Shown: one piece after another, positions 9,616 through 18,572 of the stretch
How positions within the stretch are numbered: position 1 is the first letter of the stretch
How the letters are laid out: the number at the start of each line of letters is the position of its first letter
Source: an uncultured Candidatus Saccharibacteria bacterium
GTDB lineage: Bacteria; Patescibacteriota; Saccharimonadia; Saccharimonadales; Saccharimonadaceae
Direction: 5' to 3'
Assembly (NCBI GenBank): GCA_964536265.1
Contig: CAZHVV010000003.1
Span: 33,783-97,782, forward strand
Length of the DNA: 64,000 nucleotides
Notes under the pieces: model-generated
The model's input: the letters and a program-made list of their open reading frames with translations, nothing else
Databases searched by the model: none
What the model was told of the DNA's origin: nothing
Position numbers and translations under genes: made by a program

Positions 9616-10104
9616 CTAGTACTCTTTGGAATGTTTTTTGCGTGACGACTTAAGATTATGTGTCAACCAACTATCAACAACAGCAGCAGTTACTGCACAT
9701 GCAAGTAACAGGCTCTGATTCGCAGCCACAAAATCGAGCATTGGTCGAACCGCCCCTTCTATCGGCAAACTTGTCGTTAGCGGACCAAGTACTAACAATG
9801 TGGCCATCAGCCCGAACGCCAATGCACCAAAGAAAGCCGTTCGCTTACTAGAATATGACGGCCCACTCATCAGTAAGACGATTGCCGGTAGTAATATGAG
9901 CACGACTCGTGCCGCAGTCAGTGAACTGAGCGGCTCAACTGGTACATCGAGTTTATCAAAATAACGCGCAACTTCACGGCTCAGCTGATCTGCTAACAGC
10001 GCACCTGCAGCAAGGGCCAACCCAAGCGTACCAAAGCGACGCTTGGACAGAAACGCAAGCGCAAACAAAGCAAGAAACAATACGATAATAACGACAAGCG
10101 TCAT
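9616..10104 (-). CDS. Hypothetical membrane protein
   Basis: 162 aa with about 4 TM segments and a basic C-terminus. Confidence 0.5.
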   Translation of the reverse strand: MTLVVIIVLFLALFALAFLSKRRFGTLGLALAAGALLADQLSREVARYFDKLDVPVEPLSSLTAARVVLILLPAIVLLMSGPSYSSKRTAFFGALAFGLMATLLVLGPLTTSLPIEGAVRPMLDFVAANQSLLLACAVTAAVVDSWLTHNLKSSRKKHSKEY

Positions 10105-10147
10105 GCCACTATCATATCACGCGATGAGTTGAGGTGAAACGTACGGA

Positions 10148-11056
10148 CTACGCGCCGATTTTATCTTTTTTCGGACGACGTTTCGCATTGATTTCGAGAT
10201 ATTCAATAACTTTCGTCGCAACGTCTCGCCCAGTTATGAGTTCAGGTGTTTTGAGACTTGCTGACGAGTTAACTTCAAGTACGAGAGGACCACGTTCTGA
10301 ACGCATCATATCAACACCACAGAACGTCGTTAGTCCCATAGCCTTTGCTGCTTTGATTGCAGTCTTGCGCTCTTCATCGGTCAACTTCACAGCACGACCT
10401 TCGCCGCCCTGGTGAGTATTGCTGCGAAAATCCCCATCTAAGCTTTGTCGCTTGACGCTGGCAACAACACGGCCACCAACGACGAGCGCCCGGATGTCTT
10501 CACCAGCCGATTCTTTCACAAATTCCTGTACCAGGAAGTTCACGCCTTCAACATAGAAGGCTTGCATAACAGCTTTAGCTGCCTTAGGTGTTTCGGCTAA
10601 TACGACACCGTTACCGTGTGTGCCTCGTGCGACTTTGATAATAAGCGGCGTACCACCAGCAAGTTCTATAACGTCTTCAAAGTTCGCCGTTTCACGAGCA
10701 AAAACCGTCTTTGGAATACCAACTCCAGCTTTTGCAAGCACTTGGTAGGCACGTAACTTATCGCGTGAACGGTTAATTGCAATCGAGCTCGCTGTTGTGA
10801 GTGATCCTTGCGCCTCAAACTGACGCACCATAGCTGTACCATATTTAGTATAGCTCTGAGCAATCCGTGGGATGATTGCATCGAAATGCTCGAGCGACTC
10901 ACCTTTATACCGAATTACAGGTTTATCTTTTTCAACCGAAACATAACATTTCGCATAATTAACTACTCGTACATCATGTCCGCGCGCTTTGGCGGCTTCC
11001 TTAAGACGCTTCGTTGTGTAGTTTATTGAACCTTTCGATAAAATAGCGATTTTCAT
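10148..11056 (-). CDS. rimK: RimK-family alpha-L-glutamate ligase (ATP-grasp)
   Basis: 302 aa: MKIAILSKGSINYTTKRLKEAAKARGHDVRVVNY..., GTPLIIKVARGTHGNGVVL, FVQEF, LEVNSS. Its ATG overlaps the upstream stop (ATGA). Confidence 0.85.
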   Translation of the reverse strand: MKIAILSKGSINYTTKRLKEAAKARGHDVRVVNYAKCYVSVEKDKPVIRYKGESLEHFDAIIPRIAQSYTKYGTAMVRQFEAQGSLTTASSIAINRSRDKLRAYQVLAKAGVGIPKTVFARETANFEDVIELAGGTPLIIKVARGTHGNGVVLAETPKAAKAVMQAFYVEGVNFLVQEFVKESAGEDIRALVVGGRVVASVKRQSLDGDFRSNTHQGGEGRAVKLTDEERKTAIKAAKAMGLTTFCGVDMMRSERGPLVLEVNSSASLKTPELITGRDVATKVIEYLEINAKRRPKKDKIGA

Positions 11057-11520
11057 ATATGCTCCTCCTTTAGGCCTGCTTGCAATATTTTTGAACGCTC
11101 GAGCTCTTTATCCCTTAACGGTGAACCGAGCGACACGTCTACAATAAATTTGCGTAGTAATGTATTTCGGCCGATTAGTACTGGGTATACTTGTTTGCTT
11201 CGATCAGCAAGGGTAAACGTGGCATAAATTCTACGTTTACGTATGATAATCGGTATCTTGATACGATATCTTACCTGTTCGTGGCCCATCGAACTAGCAA
11301 CCCTGACTCGGTCATAATGGGCAAATAATTGTTCCATAGGCTGTATCTTTTTGTTTCGATAACCGAATTGAACCTTCAGCCCACTTGGTGTCTCTTCGAT
11401 ATTTGTTGCCCATATCGAAGAGGTCTTTGCTCCTGTATCAATTCGAGCATGCAAAACCATACCCTGCAGCTCAGGAAATGTAACTTTTTCGACACGTCCG
11501 ATTATGGTTTTTTCTTTCAT
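11053..11520 (-). CDS. Retropepsin-like aspartic protease (DUF785 / RimB-like), partner of RimK
   Basis: IGRVEKVTFPELQGMVLHARIDTGAKTSSIWA contains a D-T-G-A active-site-like motif. It is translationally coupled to rimK. The ATG at 11520 is preferred over the track start at 11559. Confidence 0.65.
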   Translation of the reverse strand: MKEKTIIGRVEKVTFPELQGMVLHARIDTGAKTSSIWATNIEETPSGLKVQFGYRNKKIQPMEQLFAHYDRVRVASSMGHEQVRYRIKIPIIIRKRRIYATFTLADRSKQVYPVLIGRNTLLRKFIVDVSLGSPLRDKELERSKILQAGLKEEHI

Positions 11521-11539
11521 ATATTTTCTTATTATATCA

Positions 11540-12472
11540 TTATAATAATAAATAATCAACTAACGCCGTTACTGCACCCCTAGGTGTACCGAACTTTGGA
11601 TCATCGTGCATGTCAATTCCAGGATTGGCATTTATTTCTATTACCCATAGATTATCATCACCATCCCACATAAAGTCTACGCCACATACACCCATCCTAA
11701 GCTCCTTAGCAATGGTTGTAGCAATAGATTTCATCTGTTCCGGAACTGAGTCTGTCATGTCCTCGGCACGCCCCCCAGTACTAAGATTTGGAACGCCTAC
11801 TACCTGCACAGTCTCGCCGGCCATTGGTATAGTCTCGATATGCTCACCAAGATACATTTCAGAGATATCTAACGGGATATACTCCAGAGCTTTCGAATAA
11901 TTTGACCCACGCTCAGGATTCTTGTTTTCTTGCACTATGAGCTCACGGACTGAATGCGCACCGTCTCCCTTTACACACGCGGGTATTCGCTGAAGTGCGG
12001 CAACATACTTTCCATCGATACATAACACTCTGTAGTCATCGCCCGATACCATTTGCTGTAATAATATTTTTTTGCCAAATTTCTCTGCATGCTTAACCGC
12101 TGCTGCAAGTTGTTCACTCGACTCTACCCCGAGTGTAATACCGTTGCCATGAGCTCCGTTAAGCGGTTTGACTGCAATAGGACGATACTGCTCGAGGAAT
12201 TGTACAGCACTCGCTTCACTATATTGCTGTGATGCAGGATGAGGCCAACCCATCTTTTGGCTTACTACGCTCGTAAGTGTTTTGTTTTCTGCAATAGCAT
12301 ATGCAATTGCTGGTTCTTTATCTCCTAACGTACTATGCAGTAAGTGCTGCTGTCCTTGATATTCATATTCGACAAGTGATGGATCAGTGTTAAGAATTTT
12401 TACAGGAATACCGCGTCGCTGTAATTCATAGTACACAAGGCGCATCGTGATCTTTAAATCATTTGGTTGCAT
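11540..12472 (-). CDS. Stand-alone ATP-grasp ligase, cyanophycin-synthetase G-domain-like
   Basis: IAVKPLNGAHGNGITLGV, YRVLCIDGKYVAALQRIPACVKGDGAHSVRELI, NLSTGGRAEDMTD, GVDFM...VIEINANPG. The start is chosen at MQPNDL (ATG 12472) rather than 12559. Confidence 0.7.
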   Translation of the reverse strand: MQPNDLKITMRLVYYELQRRGIPVKILNTDPSLVEYEYQGQQHLLHSTLGDKEPAIAYAIAENKTLTSVVSQKMGWPHPASQQYSEASAVQFLEQYRPIAVKPLNGAHGNGITLGVESSEQLAAAVKHAEKFGKKILLQQMVSGDDYRVLCIDGKYVAALQRIPACVKGDGAHSVRELIVQENKNPERGSNYSKALEYIPLDISEMYLGEHIETIPMAGETVQVVGVPNLSTGGRAEDMTDSVPEQMKSIATTIAKELRMGVCGVDFMWDGDDNLWVIEINANPGIDMHDDPKFGTPRGAVTALVDYLLL

Positions 12473-13151
12473 GGATACTGTCCAGTAATTCTTGAATGCC
12501 TGCTGCGTATGCATCCATTTTTTCATCATTAAATGCGCCAGTCGCAACTTGTGGTGCACGGTTTACTTCAAGAATAAAATGCTCACCTGTTTGCTCGTTG
12601 ATGATTAAATCAACTCCAGCGACCTGCAAACGTTCAAGCTTAGCTGCAGTCTCTGCATCCTTAATCATCTGGTCGGAAAGGTCAGATAGATTAACCATAT
12701 GCGCGCTACCCCCCTTTGACGTATTATTGAGATAAGCGCCTGGAGCGGCTTGACGTAGAAAAGCGAGCTTCACTTTGCCATTCAGTGTCAAAAGTCGGTA
12801 ATCGCCATTATTAGGTATATACTCTTGAGCTATCATTGCTTTGTCACCGAGTGAGTTTAACTTCTCTTCGAACTCTTGCTGCGACTCTATCAAGTAGTTA
12901 TCGTCACCTTTTTTTGCGATGTCTGCCTTGAGCACTAATGGGAAGGTGAGCTTGACTCTGCGTATCGCTTCATCCATATTCTTCGACCCCTTCGTGTACA
13001 CAGCCGTTGGGACTGGTACAATACTTTGACGAGCGAATGAGCACGCCAGCTTGCCACGAGCTTCAGTCAATAGATATTCGTCGATAAACTTTACGCCTTT
13101 TTGCTTTAGGTAATGAGCCGCCGCCACACCCCACTCAAACCAATCTCCCAC
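12459..13151 (-). CDS. ATP-grasp ligase, central and C-terminal domains (RimK/GshB-like); probably the 3' part of an interrupted gene
   Basis: PLVLKADIAKKGDDNYL, AQEYIPNNGDYRLLTLNGK, SKGGSAHMVNL, GVDLII...ILEVNRAPQ. The GTG start has no RBS. It is in the same frame as 13206-13403, separated by a single TAA. Confidence 0.65.
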   Translation of the reverse strand: MGDWFEWGVAAAHYLKQKGVKFIDEYLLTEARGKLACSFARQSIVPVPTAVYTKGSKNMDEAIRRVKLTFPLVLKADIAKKGDDNYLIESQQEFEEKLNSLGDKAMIAQEYIPNNGDYRLLTLNGKVKLAFLRQAAPGAYLNNTSKGGSAHMVNLSDLSDQMIKDAETAAKLERLQVAGVDLIINEQTGEHFILEVNRAPQVATGAFNDEKMDAYAAGIQELLDSIHATK

Positions 13152-13205
13152 CGGTGGAAAAACGACCAGGTCAAATTCCGTAATTTCAAACCCTTGGGTA
13201 TTGTC

Positions 13206-13403
13206 TTAAAATGCTGTCATTTTATTGCCGGTAATATATGTCAATTCACTGAGCGCTGTAACACGTACCTGCGTATCCTTCAAGCGCTGTTCTGCGCCAT
13301 CAGTTAGCCCAAACCAATTGAATCCTTCGAGGTTTTCAGGCTTTTGGCTTACGATGATTAGTACTTTTTTCAATTTGCATGGTCCTTTCTGATACACTGT
13401 CAA
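13206..13403 (-). pseudogene. N-terminal (pre-ATP-grasp) fragment of the same ligase, ended by an in-frame TAA
   Basis: (M)KKVLIIVSQKPENLEGFNWFGL... looks like a Rossmann-like pre-ATP-grasp start. 13403-13151 = 252 nt, so the frame is identical. Only the TAA at 13206-13208 separates the two ORFs. Confidence 0.5.
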
Positions 13404-13437
13404 TTCTTAGTATAAAGTATGGCAAGCATAGGCGCTC

Positions 13438-14496
13438 TTATCTTTTCGAGAGTCGAGCTAGTAATTCGGCGAGCATATGGCGTTGAATACGTGCATCCTC
13501 TGCTCCTTCTTCGTCAGTCACCATCATGGGGTCGCGAGTATTTATTTCACGTATCAGCAAATCAGGTTCATTGTGTCCAGGAAGGACTGTTTGGATAAAA
13601 TCGATTGCAAAGTAACCACCATGCACCCCAGCTTCCTTCAATAATCTCTGACTAACTGTATCGGCAATGTCCCACACTCTTTGCGGTACACTATTTTGAT
13701 CAATCTCAGCCCATTTATCTTCCTTATCCCGAAAAGCACGTCCAGTTGCATAATATTTAGCTTGAAGTGGTAGATTGGCATCTTGGTCAGTAACGAAGCA
13801 GTAAGCCCTCAGTTCTTGAGAGTGAGATCTTTGGAGTAATCCCTCTGCATATTCGGTACGACCTACTAAACCTTGCCATTTATAACCAGGTGCAAAAGTC
13901 TGAACCAATACATCATGGTTTGCTCGATTTGGTCGTGCCTGCAGCTCTGTTCGCATAGCAGCGACAGTTGTTCCTACCTCAGCACGACTAACAATTTTGC
14001 AGTCGCGAGATAACTGTGACATATCGGCCTTCACGACAAAGGTACTGCCCTGCAATTTATTCATATCAGCCATGTGTGCGGTATCTCCTAAAATTGTCGG
14101 CGGCATAAACTCTCGCGCCAGTTTATATTGGCGCCACTTGCTTGCGCCAACTTCGCGTAGTCTTGGTCCGTTTAGCACATCAACCCCAGGGGTATCTTCA
14201 ACTTCCTGTGGTGTGTTGACGCGTGCTCGAATTACATTGACACCTCCGTCACCAAGTGGAAGTTCTATAGTAGTAGAACTATATTGGTTGTTGCTGCTAC
14301 CCGTAATAGTGTGGACATCAACTGTGCCGTTATCGGTATGATAAGCATCGATATTTGGAACTAACACTAATCCGATTCCTAGCTCACCCAGACGTTGTTG
14401 TACGAAGTTATTACCATAAGCACTCGGATCCGACTCAGACAAATTTCGGAAGTGCAGGGCTGTTTGTGTTTCATTATCACTGAGTGACGATGTCAT
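13438..14496 (-). CDS. Divergent ATP-grasp-like protein
   Basis: 352 aa with FVVKADMSQLSRDCKIV, VLVQTFAPGYKW, ELRAYCFV and GGYFAIDFIQ...LIREINTRDP, an order resembling the ATP-grasp core. The family assignment is tentative. Confidence 0.45.
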   Translation of the reverse strand: MTSSLSDNETQTALHFRNLSESDPSAYGNNFVQQRLGELGIGLVLVPNIDAYHTDNGTVDVHTITGSSNNQYSSTTIELPLGDGGVNVIRARVNTPQEVEDTPGVDVLNGPRLREVGASKWRQYKLAREFMPPTILGDTAHMADMNKLQGSTFVVKADMSQLSRDCKIVSRAEVGTTVAAMRTELQARPNRANHDVLVQTFAPGYKWQGLVGRTEYAEGLLQRSHSQELRAYCFVTDQDANLPLQAKYYATGRAFRDKEDKWAEIDQNSVPQRVWDIADTVSQRLLKEAGVHGGYFAIDFIQTVLPGHNEPDLLIREINTRDPMMVTDEEGAEDARIQRHMLAELLARLSKR

Positions 14497-14503
14497 ATTG
14501 CCT

Positions 14504-14532
14504 ATTATAGCAAATTTCTCTTATTTTGTCAA
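14504..14532 (-). promoter_or_regulatory. Consensus sigma70 promoter; leaderless start for the 13438-14496 gene
   Basis: On the minus strand: TTGACA, 17 nt, TATAAT, then 7 nt, then ATG (14496). There is no Shine-Dalgarno sequence. Confidence 0.6.
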
Positions 14533-14587
14533 TCGTCTCCAGACTCTCCCTGAACTTATGAGCTTAATCTAGAATTTACGCATGTAG

Positions 14588-15547
14588 TTAATCAGATAGT
14601 TTATCTAGCCAGTCACCGATATGCGCTAAGATAGGAATATTTTGACGGTTTCGAGTACTATAGTACATCGTCAACGCCGGACCTGCATTACACTCTAAGA
14701 AACAATAGTTCGTATCGTTTGCAGGATGAGTGATATTCTGGATTAACATATCAACGCACAGCACGCCAGTACGTAAAGACTCTGCCATAGATACTGCAAG
14801 TCGTGTGTAGCTTTCATCGATATCATCCTTTACCTCATACAGTGATGCGCCTTTTCCCACTAAACTTGAAGTATTAATAGTAAGTTGTTGGCCAAGGCCA
14901 AGCACTTTACTAGCCATATTTAGCATCATATTTGGGAGCGACACTGCTGGATACGTCAACATGCTTCCATTGTTCAGCTCCCTACGCTCTTCATTTTCAT
15001 GGTCAATTAGTTGCCGGAGCGTCTGCTCACCATCGCCAATAAGACTGAGTTTTCTTTTTTCTATCACCGACACTAACGTAGTGCCGATAAATGTAAAACG
15101 GAATTCACTTCCACTACACTGCTCCTGAACGAAAATGCTCGATGAGACCTTGTAAGCATTTTTCATAGCACTAGATAACTGCTGCTCATTATGTATACCT
15201 AGCGTCAACCCCCAGGAGCCCTGACTATCGGAGGGTTTTACGACGAGATATTCATACTTACGCAACAACGCAGTCACCTCTGAGAATTTATCACCCTGCC
15301 TTTGAAGCACGGTATGCGGAACATTAATCCCTAGACTCTTGGCCAGCCGATTGGTCAAGTCTTTATTCTTGATTAGTTTGAATTGTCGGTCATCTGTTTG
15401 TGGATAGTGAACTATCCCTCGTCTTGTAACCCATTCATAGCCAGAACGAACGAAATGCTCAAGTCTACGGTTATCTGAATCTGTGGACTGAAAGTTTTCC
15501 CAGCCTCTCTTTTCTAATTCTTGCCTAATGAGGTCAATTGAAAGCAT
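14588..15547 (-). CDS. Stand-alone ATP-grasp ligase, cyanophycin-synthetase G-domain-like
   Basis: 319 aa: NKDLTNRLAKSLGINVPHT, YLVVKPSDSQGSWGLTLGI, FRFTFIGTTLVSVIEKRKLSLIGDGEQTLRQLI, CVDMLI...FLECNAGP. It starts 13 nt after the dnaJ stop. Confidence 0.7.
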   Translation of the reverse strand: MLSIDLIRQELEKRGWENFQSTDSDNRRLEHFVRSGYEWVTRRGIVHYPQTDDRQFKLIKNKDLTNRLAKSLGINVPHTVLQRQGDKFSEVTALLRKYEYLVVKPSDSQGSWGLTLGIHNEQQLSSAMKNAYKVSSSIFVQEQCSGSEFRFTFIGTTLVSVIEKRKLSLIGDGEQTLRQLIDHENEERRELNNGSMLTYPAVSLPNMMLNMASKVLGLGQQLTINTSSLVGKGASLYEVKDDIDESYTRLAVSMAESLRTGVLCVDMLIQNITHPANDTNYCFLECNAGPALTMYYSTRNRQNIPILAHIGDWLDKLSD

Positions 15548-15560
15548 TTATGACAATTTC

Positions 15561-16658
15561 TTAGAAATAACTCTTCTTGGTTGATTTCCAGAAGTCTTCG
15601 AGCAGTTCTTTTTGCTTCTTTGAGAGTTTGGTTGGTGTGTCGACAACAACAGAGACAATATGAGCACCTCGAGAGCTTCCCTTTAGATGCGGAACACCGT
15701 GCCCAGACAGTTTGAAGTCGGTGCCACTCTGCGTACCAGATGGAATCTTCATGCGAACTTTTCCATCGACAGTTTCAACATCTATCTCCGTACCAAGTGA
15801 GGCTTCAACAATACCGATATGTTCTTCGCTCAAGATTAAGTCGCCCTCACGTGTGAACTTTTTGTGTGGTTTGACGCGCAGATGAACATAGAGGTCACCT
15901 TTCGGAGCATCGGCAGCAGCTTCACCACGTTCACGCAAGCGAATCGTCGCACCGTCATCAACGCCAGCAGGAACTTTCAGTGTGATTTCTTGACGCTTGC
16001 GTTCAGTGCCGCGCCCACTACAAACTGTACAAACTCTTTCCGGAATCTTCCCGCGACCATGACAGGTTTGACAGACAACACCCTGCTGAATAGCGCCAAA
16101 AATCGTATTCATAATACGAGTTTGCTGGCCGGAGCCTTTACAGGTCGCACATGTTTTCAGTTCATAACCCGGCTCAACAGTACTACCTTTACAATGCGAG
16201 CATTCGTCTTCCATTGTGAGTGAGAGTTGTTTCTCGACACCGAAAATAGCTTCTTCGAATGTCAAGTCAAGATTTGTCTCAACATCACGACCTCGCTCTG
16301 GACCACGGCGTGACTGTGAGCCACCAAAGAATGAACCAAATATGTCACCAAGGCCACCTTCGCCAAAGTCGAAATTAACATTCTGACCGCCAAAACCTTC
16401 AAATGGATTCCCGCTATAGCCTGCACTACCGCCAGCTGCACCGCCAACTCCGGCATGGCCGAATTGGTCGTAACGCTGACGCTTTTGCTTGTCTTTCAGG
16501 ACTTCATACGCTTCGCTTAGCTCTTTGAACTTCGTTTCGTCACCACCTTCTTTGTCGGGGTGATGTTTGACGGCAGCCTTGCGGTAGGCCTTTTTGATTT
16601 CATCGTCACTGGCGTTTTTGTCAACGCCAAGTACTTCGTAATAATCACGCTTATTCAT
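15561..16658 (-). CDS. dnaJ: Molecular chaperone DnaJ
   Basis: 365 aa with a J domain (DYYEVLGV...HPDK), a G/F-rich region and four CxxCxGxG zinc motifs. Confidence 0.95.
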   Translation of the reverse strand: MNKRDYYEVLGVDKNASDDEIKKAYRKAAVKHHPDKEGGDETKFKELSEAYEVLKDKQKRQRYDQFGHAGVGGAAGGSAGYSGNPFEGFGGQNVNFDFGEGGLGDIFGSFFGGSQSRRGPERGRDVETNLDLTFEEAIFGVEKQLSLTMEDECSHCKGSTVEPGYELKTCATCKGSGQQTRIMNTIFGAIQQGVVCQTCHGRGKIPERVCTVCSGRGTERKRQEITLKVPAGVDDGATIRLRERGEAAADAPKGDLYVHLRVKPHKKFTREGDLILSEEHIGIVEASLGTEIDVETVDGKVRMKIPSGTQSGTDFKLSGHGVPHLKGSSRGAHIVSVVVDTPTKLSKKQKELLEDFWKSTKKSYF

Positions 16659-16666
16659 CTGTTACT

Positions 16667-16695
16667 AGTATAAAAAATTAGCACTCAAAAGTAAA
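16667..16695 (-). promoter_or_regulatory. Candidate dnaJ promoter overlapping CIRCE
   Basis: On the minus strand: TTTACT, 17 nt, TATACT, then 8 nt, then ATG (16658). No SD is visible. Confidence 0.45.
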
Positions 16696-16704
16696 GAGTG
16701 CTAG
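16678..16704. promoter_or_regulatory. CIRCE operator (HrcA binding site) upstream of dnaJ
   Basis: TTAGCACTC-aaaagtaaa-GAGTGCTAg, compared with the consensus TTAGCACTC-N9-GAGTGCTAA. Confidence 0.75.
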
Positions 16705-16910
16705 TCCTTGCTAGTCGTATCATCACTTTGCGGCGTTGTGGTATCGTCTTGCGGGACACCACCCGACTGAGCTGCCTTTTTCTCGACAATAGCTGCCGCA
16801 TTCTCAACTTTCGCCGCTGCATCCTCAACGCTATCAATTGCGTTGTCGAGTAATTTCTCGACGTTGTCTATCTTTTCCGTAATTGAATCAAATATATCAA
16901 ATAATCCCAT
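16701..16910 (-). CDS. Small acidic hypothetical protein
   Basis: 69 aa with a predicted helical N-terminal part and a D/T-rich tail. No family recognised. Confidence 0.4.
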   Translation of the reverse strand: MGLFDIFDSITEKIDNVEKLLDNAIDSVEDAAAKVENAAAIVEKKAAQSGGVPQDDTTTPQSDDTTSKD

Positions 16911-16957
16911 AGTGTACTTATTATCTCATACTAAGATATGTGTTATATAATGACGCC

Positions 16958-17206
16958 ATGGATAAGCTAAGTGCTAATACTCGCAGGAAACTGTATTGGT
17001 TAGGAAGAATTGTTCGCGCTATCTGCGGTACCATTTTAGTGCTCACGATAATTTGGTCATTGTCCTTGGGTGGTTTTGGTGTAATATTTTTCCTATTTAT
17101 GTTCGGTGGGCTGAATTTAGTACTACTTGCCCTATTTTTTGTCGGGCACTACCTTGCGAGCAACAATAAGCTATATGCGCACTTCGATGGCCATTCTTTC
17201 AATTAA
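16958..17206 (+). CDS. Small membrane protein
   Basis: Two TM segments. ATG 16958 is preferred over the track GTG at 16940. TATAAT at 16946-16951 lies 6 nt upstream of the ATG. Confidence 0.45.
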   Translation: MDKLSANTRRKLYWLGRIVRAICGTILVLTIIWSLSLGGFGVIFFLFMFGGLNLVLLALFFVGHYLASNNKLYAHFDGHSFN

Positions 17207-17304
17207 CGTATCGAATAATCCCATAGTATACGTGTTATCTCGCACGTATTGTTAAAAGCTTTTGTTATTTCGCTATAACTATAATTTTCCTATAGACTAT
17301 ATAG

Positions 17305-18522
17305 ATGGGTTTATCAACGCGAAAATTTCAAAAGGCAAGTAGCCAGATGTACCACGGTACCAGTATTGGACCGATGGGATACCGGATAAGTGAAATGTTC
17401 GGGGGTGATGGCAACGGCTCCTGGATTAATACCCCACTGCCACCAACGGCTGCTATTCACCCTGATTCTGCGACAGCAGTCGCTGATATTGTTGAGAATG
17501 TACATAATTTCGCAACAGGAACATCCGTCATAGCTTGGCCAACACTAAACTATTCTACGTACACAGCGACGCTTAATGTCATCGATTCATCAAAAATAGC
17601 TTTGCAACCTGTCACGGTAAGCGGTGCCAACGCCTCAGCATCATGGGCCTTTCCAACGGCTGCGATGATGTACGCCGGCTTCCCGCTTCCTAGAGGGCTA
17701 CAACCAACAGATGACAGCGACGGCACAATTCACTTATATGATCCTGACTGGAAATGGCCGGGTCGCCCTAGCGATACCCAGTACTGGGGTCGAATATGGG
17801 AGCTGTGGGGCGCAAGAAGCCCTGAGCAGAACGTTGCAGCCGGCAACCCAGCCATATGGACTGCAAAAATTGGTGGTCGGCTAACAGGAGTCAATCAGCG
17901 CCTTAGTGCCCACCCTATCAACCGAACATTTCAAGCCGATGTCACAAGCCAGGCTTCGCCGAGCTACGGGGCACCAAAGGCACCGAACGACACAAGCGGC
18001 AACACAATATATTGGGGTTATGGGCCGGACGGCGTGTATGAATCCTCCGCCTGGATGGCATCAGCATCACATCTTCCCATGAGCCATCATATCTTGCGAA
18101 AAAGTGATATGGTCAATGCGACCATACCCCACCCAATGGGATTCTCACTATTTCCAATGTACCCAACTAATGAAGGAAGTAAGGGTAGCGTCTGGCCAGC
18201 AACTAGCTATGATGCCGCATCTCGTAACTGGCTCAAACACGGCAATCGTTTACGACTACCTGCAGGCTACGTCGCCTCATACCCTTCGGGTATGCCGGTC
18301 TCATGGCGACCGATGTTCGACATGTTCATAAATTGCTTTCGGGATTATGGGATAATTATGGTTGACACAACGGGCAATTCGTTCGCAATGCGCGCCGAGC
18401 CAGGGGTAGAAAGCTATTACCCAAGTGGTTTTAGCGGAAAAACGTTTATTCAATATCTACCTTGGGAAGACATGCAGATGATTGTAGTTGGTAGCGACGC
18501 CGATTTCTATCCAGGTGCATAA
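17305..18522 (+). CDS. Hypothetical protein, W/Y/P-rich, possibly carbohydrate-active
   Basis: 405 aa long ORF with coding-like composition. No family recognised and no obvious signal peptide. Confidence 0.55.
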   Translation: MGLSTRKFQKASSQMYHGTSIGPMGYRISEMFGGDGNGSWINTPLPPTAAIHPDSATAVADIVENVHNFATGTSVIAWPTLNYSTYTATLNVIDSSKIALQPVTVSGANASASWAFPTAAMMYAGFPLPRGLQPTDDSDGTIHLYDPDWKWPGRPSDTQYWGRIWELWGARSPEQNVAAGNPAIWTAKIGGRLTGVNQRLSAHPINRTFQADVTSQASPSYGAPKAPNDTSGNTIYWGYGPDGVYESSAWMASASHLPMSHHILRKSDMVNATIPHPMGFSLFPMYPTNEGSKGSVWPATSYDAASRNWLKHGNRLRLPAGYVASYPSGMPVSWRPMFDMFINCFRDYGIIMVDTTGNSFAMRAEPGVESYYPSGFSGKTFIQYLPWEDMQMIVVGSDADFYPGA

Positions 18523-18555
18523 ACCAAATATCGGCTCAAGGCCGATATTTGGTTT
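18521..18555. terminator. Bidirectional hairpin between convergent genes
   Basis: aaaccaaatatcggc-tcaag-gccgatatttggttt forms a perfect 15-bp stem with A/T runs on both sides. Confidence 0.65.
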
Positions 18556-18572
18556 ATGAAAAGTTTCTAATA

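Noticed and set aside
11053-11056. Alternative genetic code (UGA recoding, as in some CPR lineages)
   Set aside because: TGA terminates well-delimited genes at the expected protein ends. Examples are the retropepsin-like gene in the ATGA overlap with rimK, the 12459 ligase and the 42418 gene. Recognisable proteins have no internal TGA. The standard code fits.
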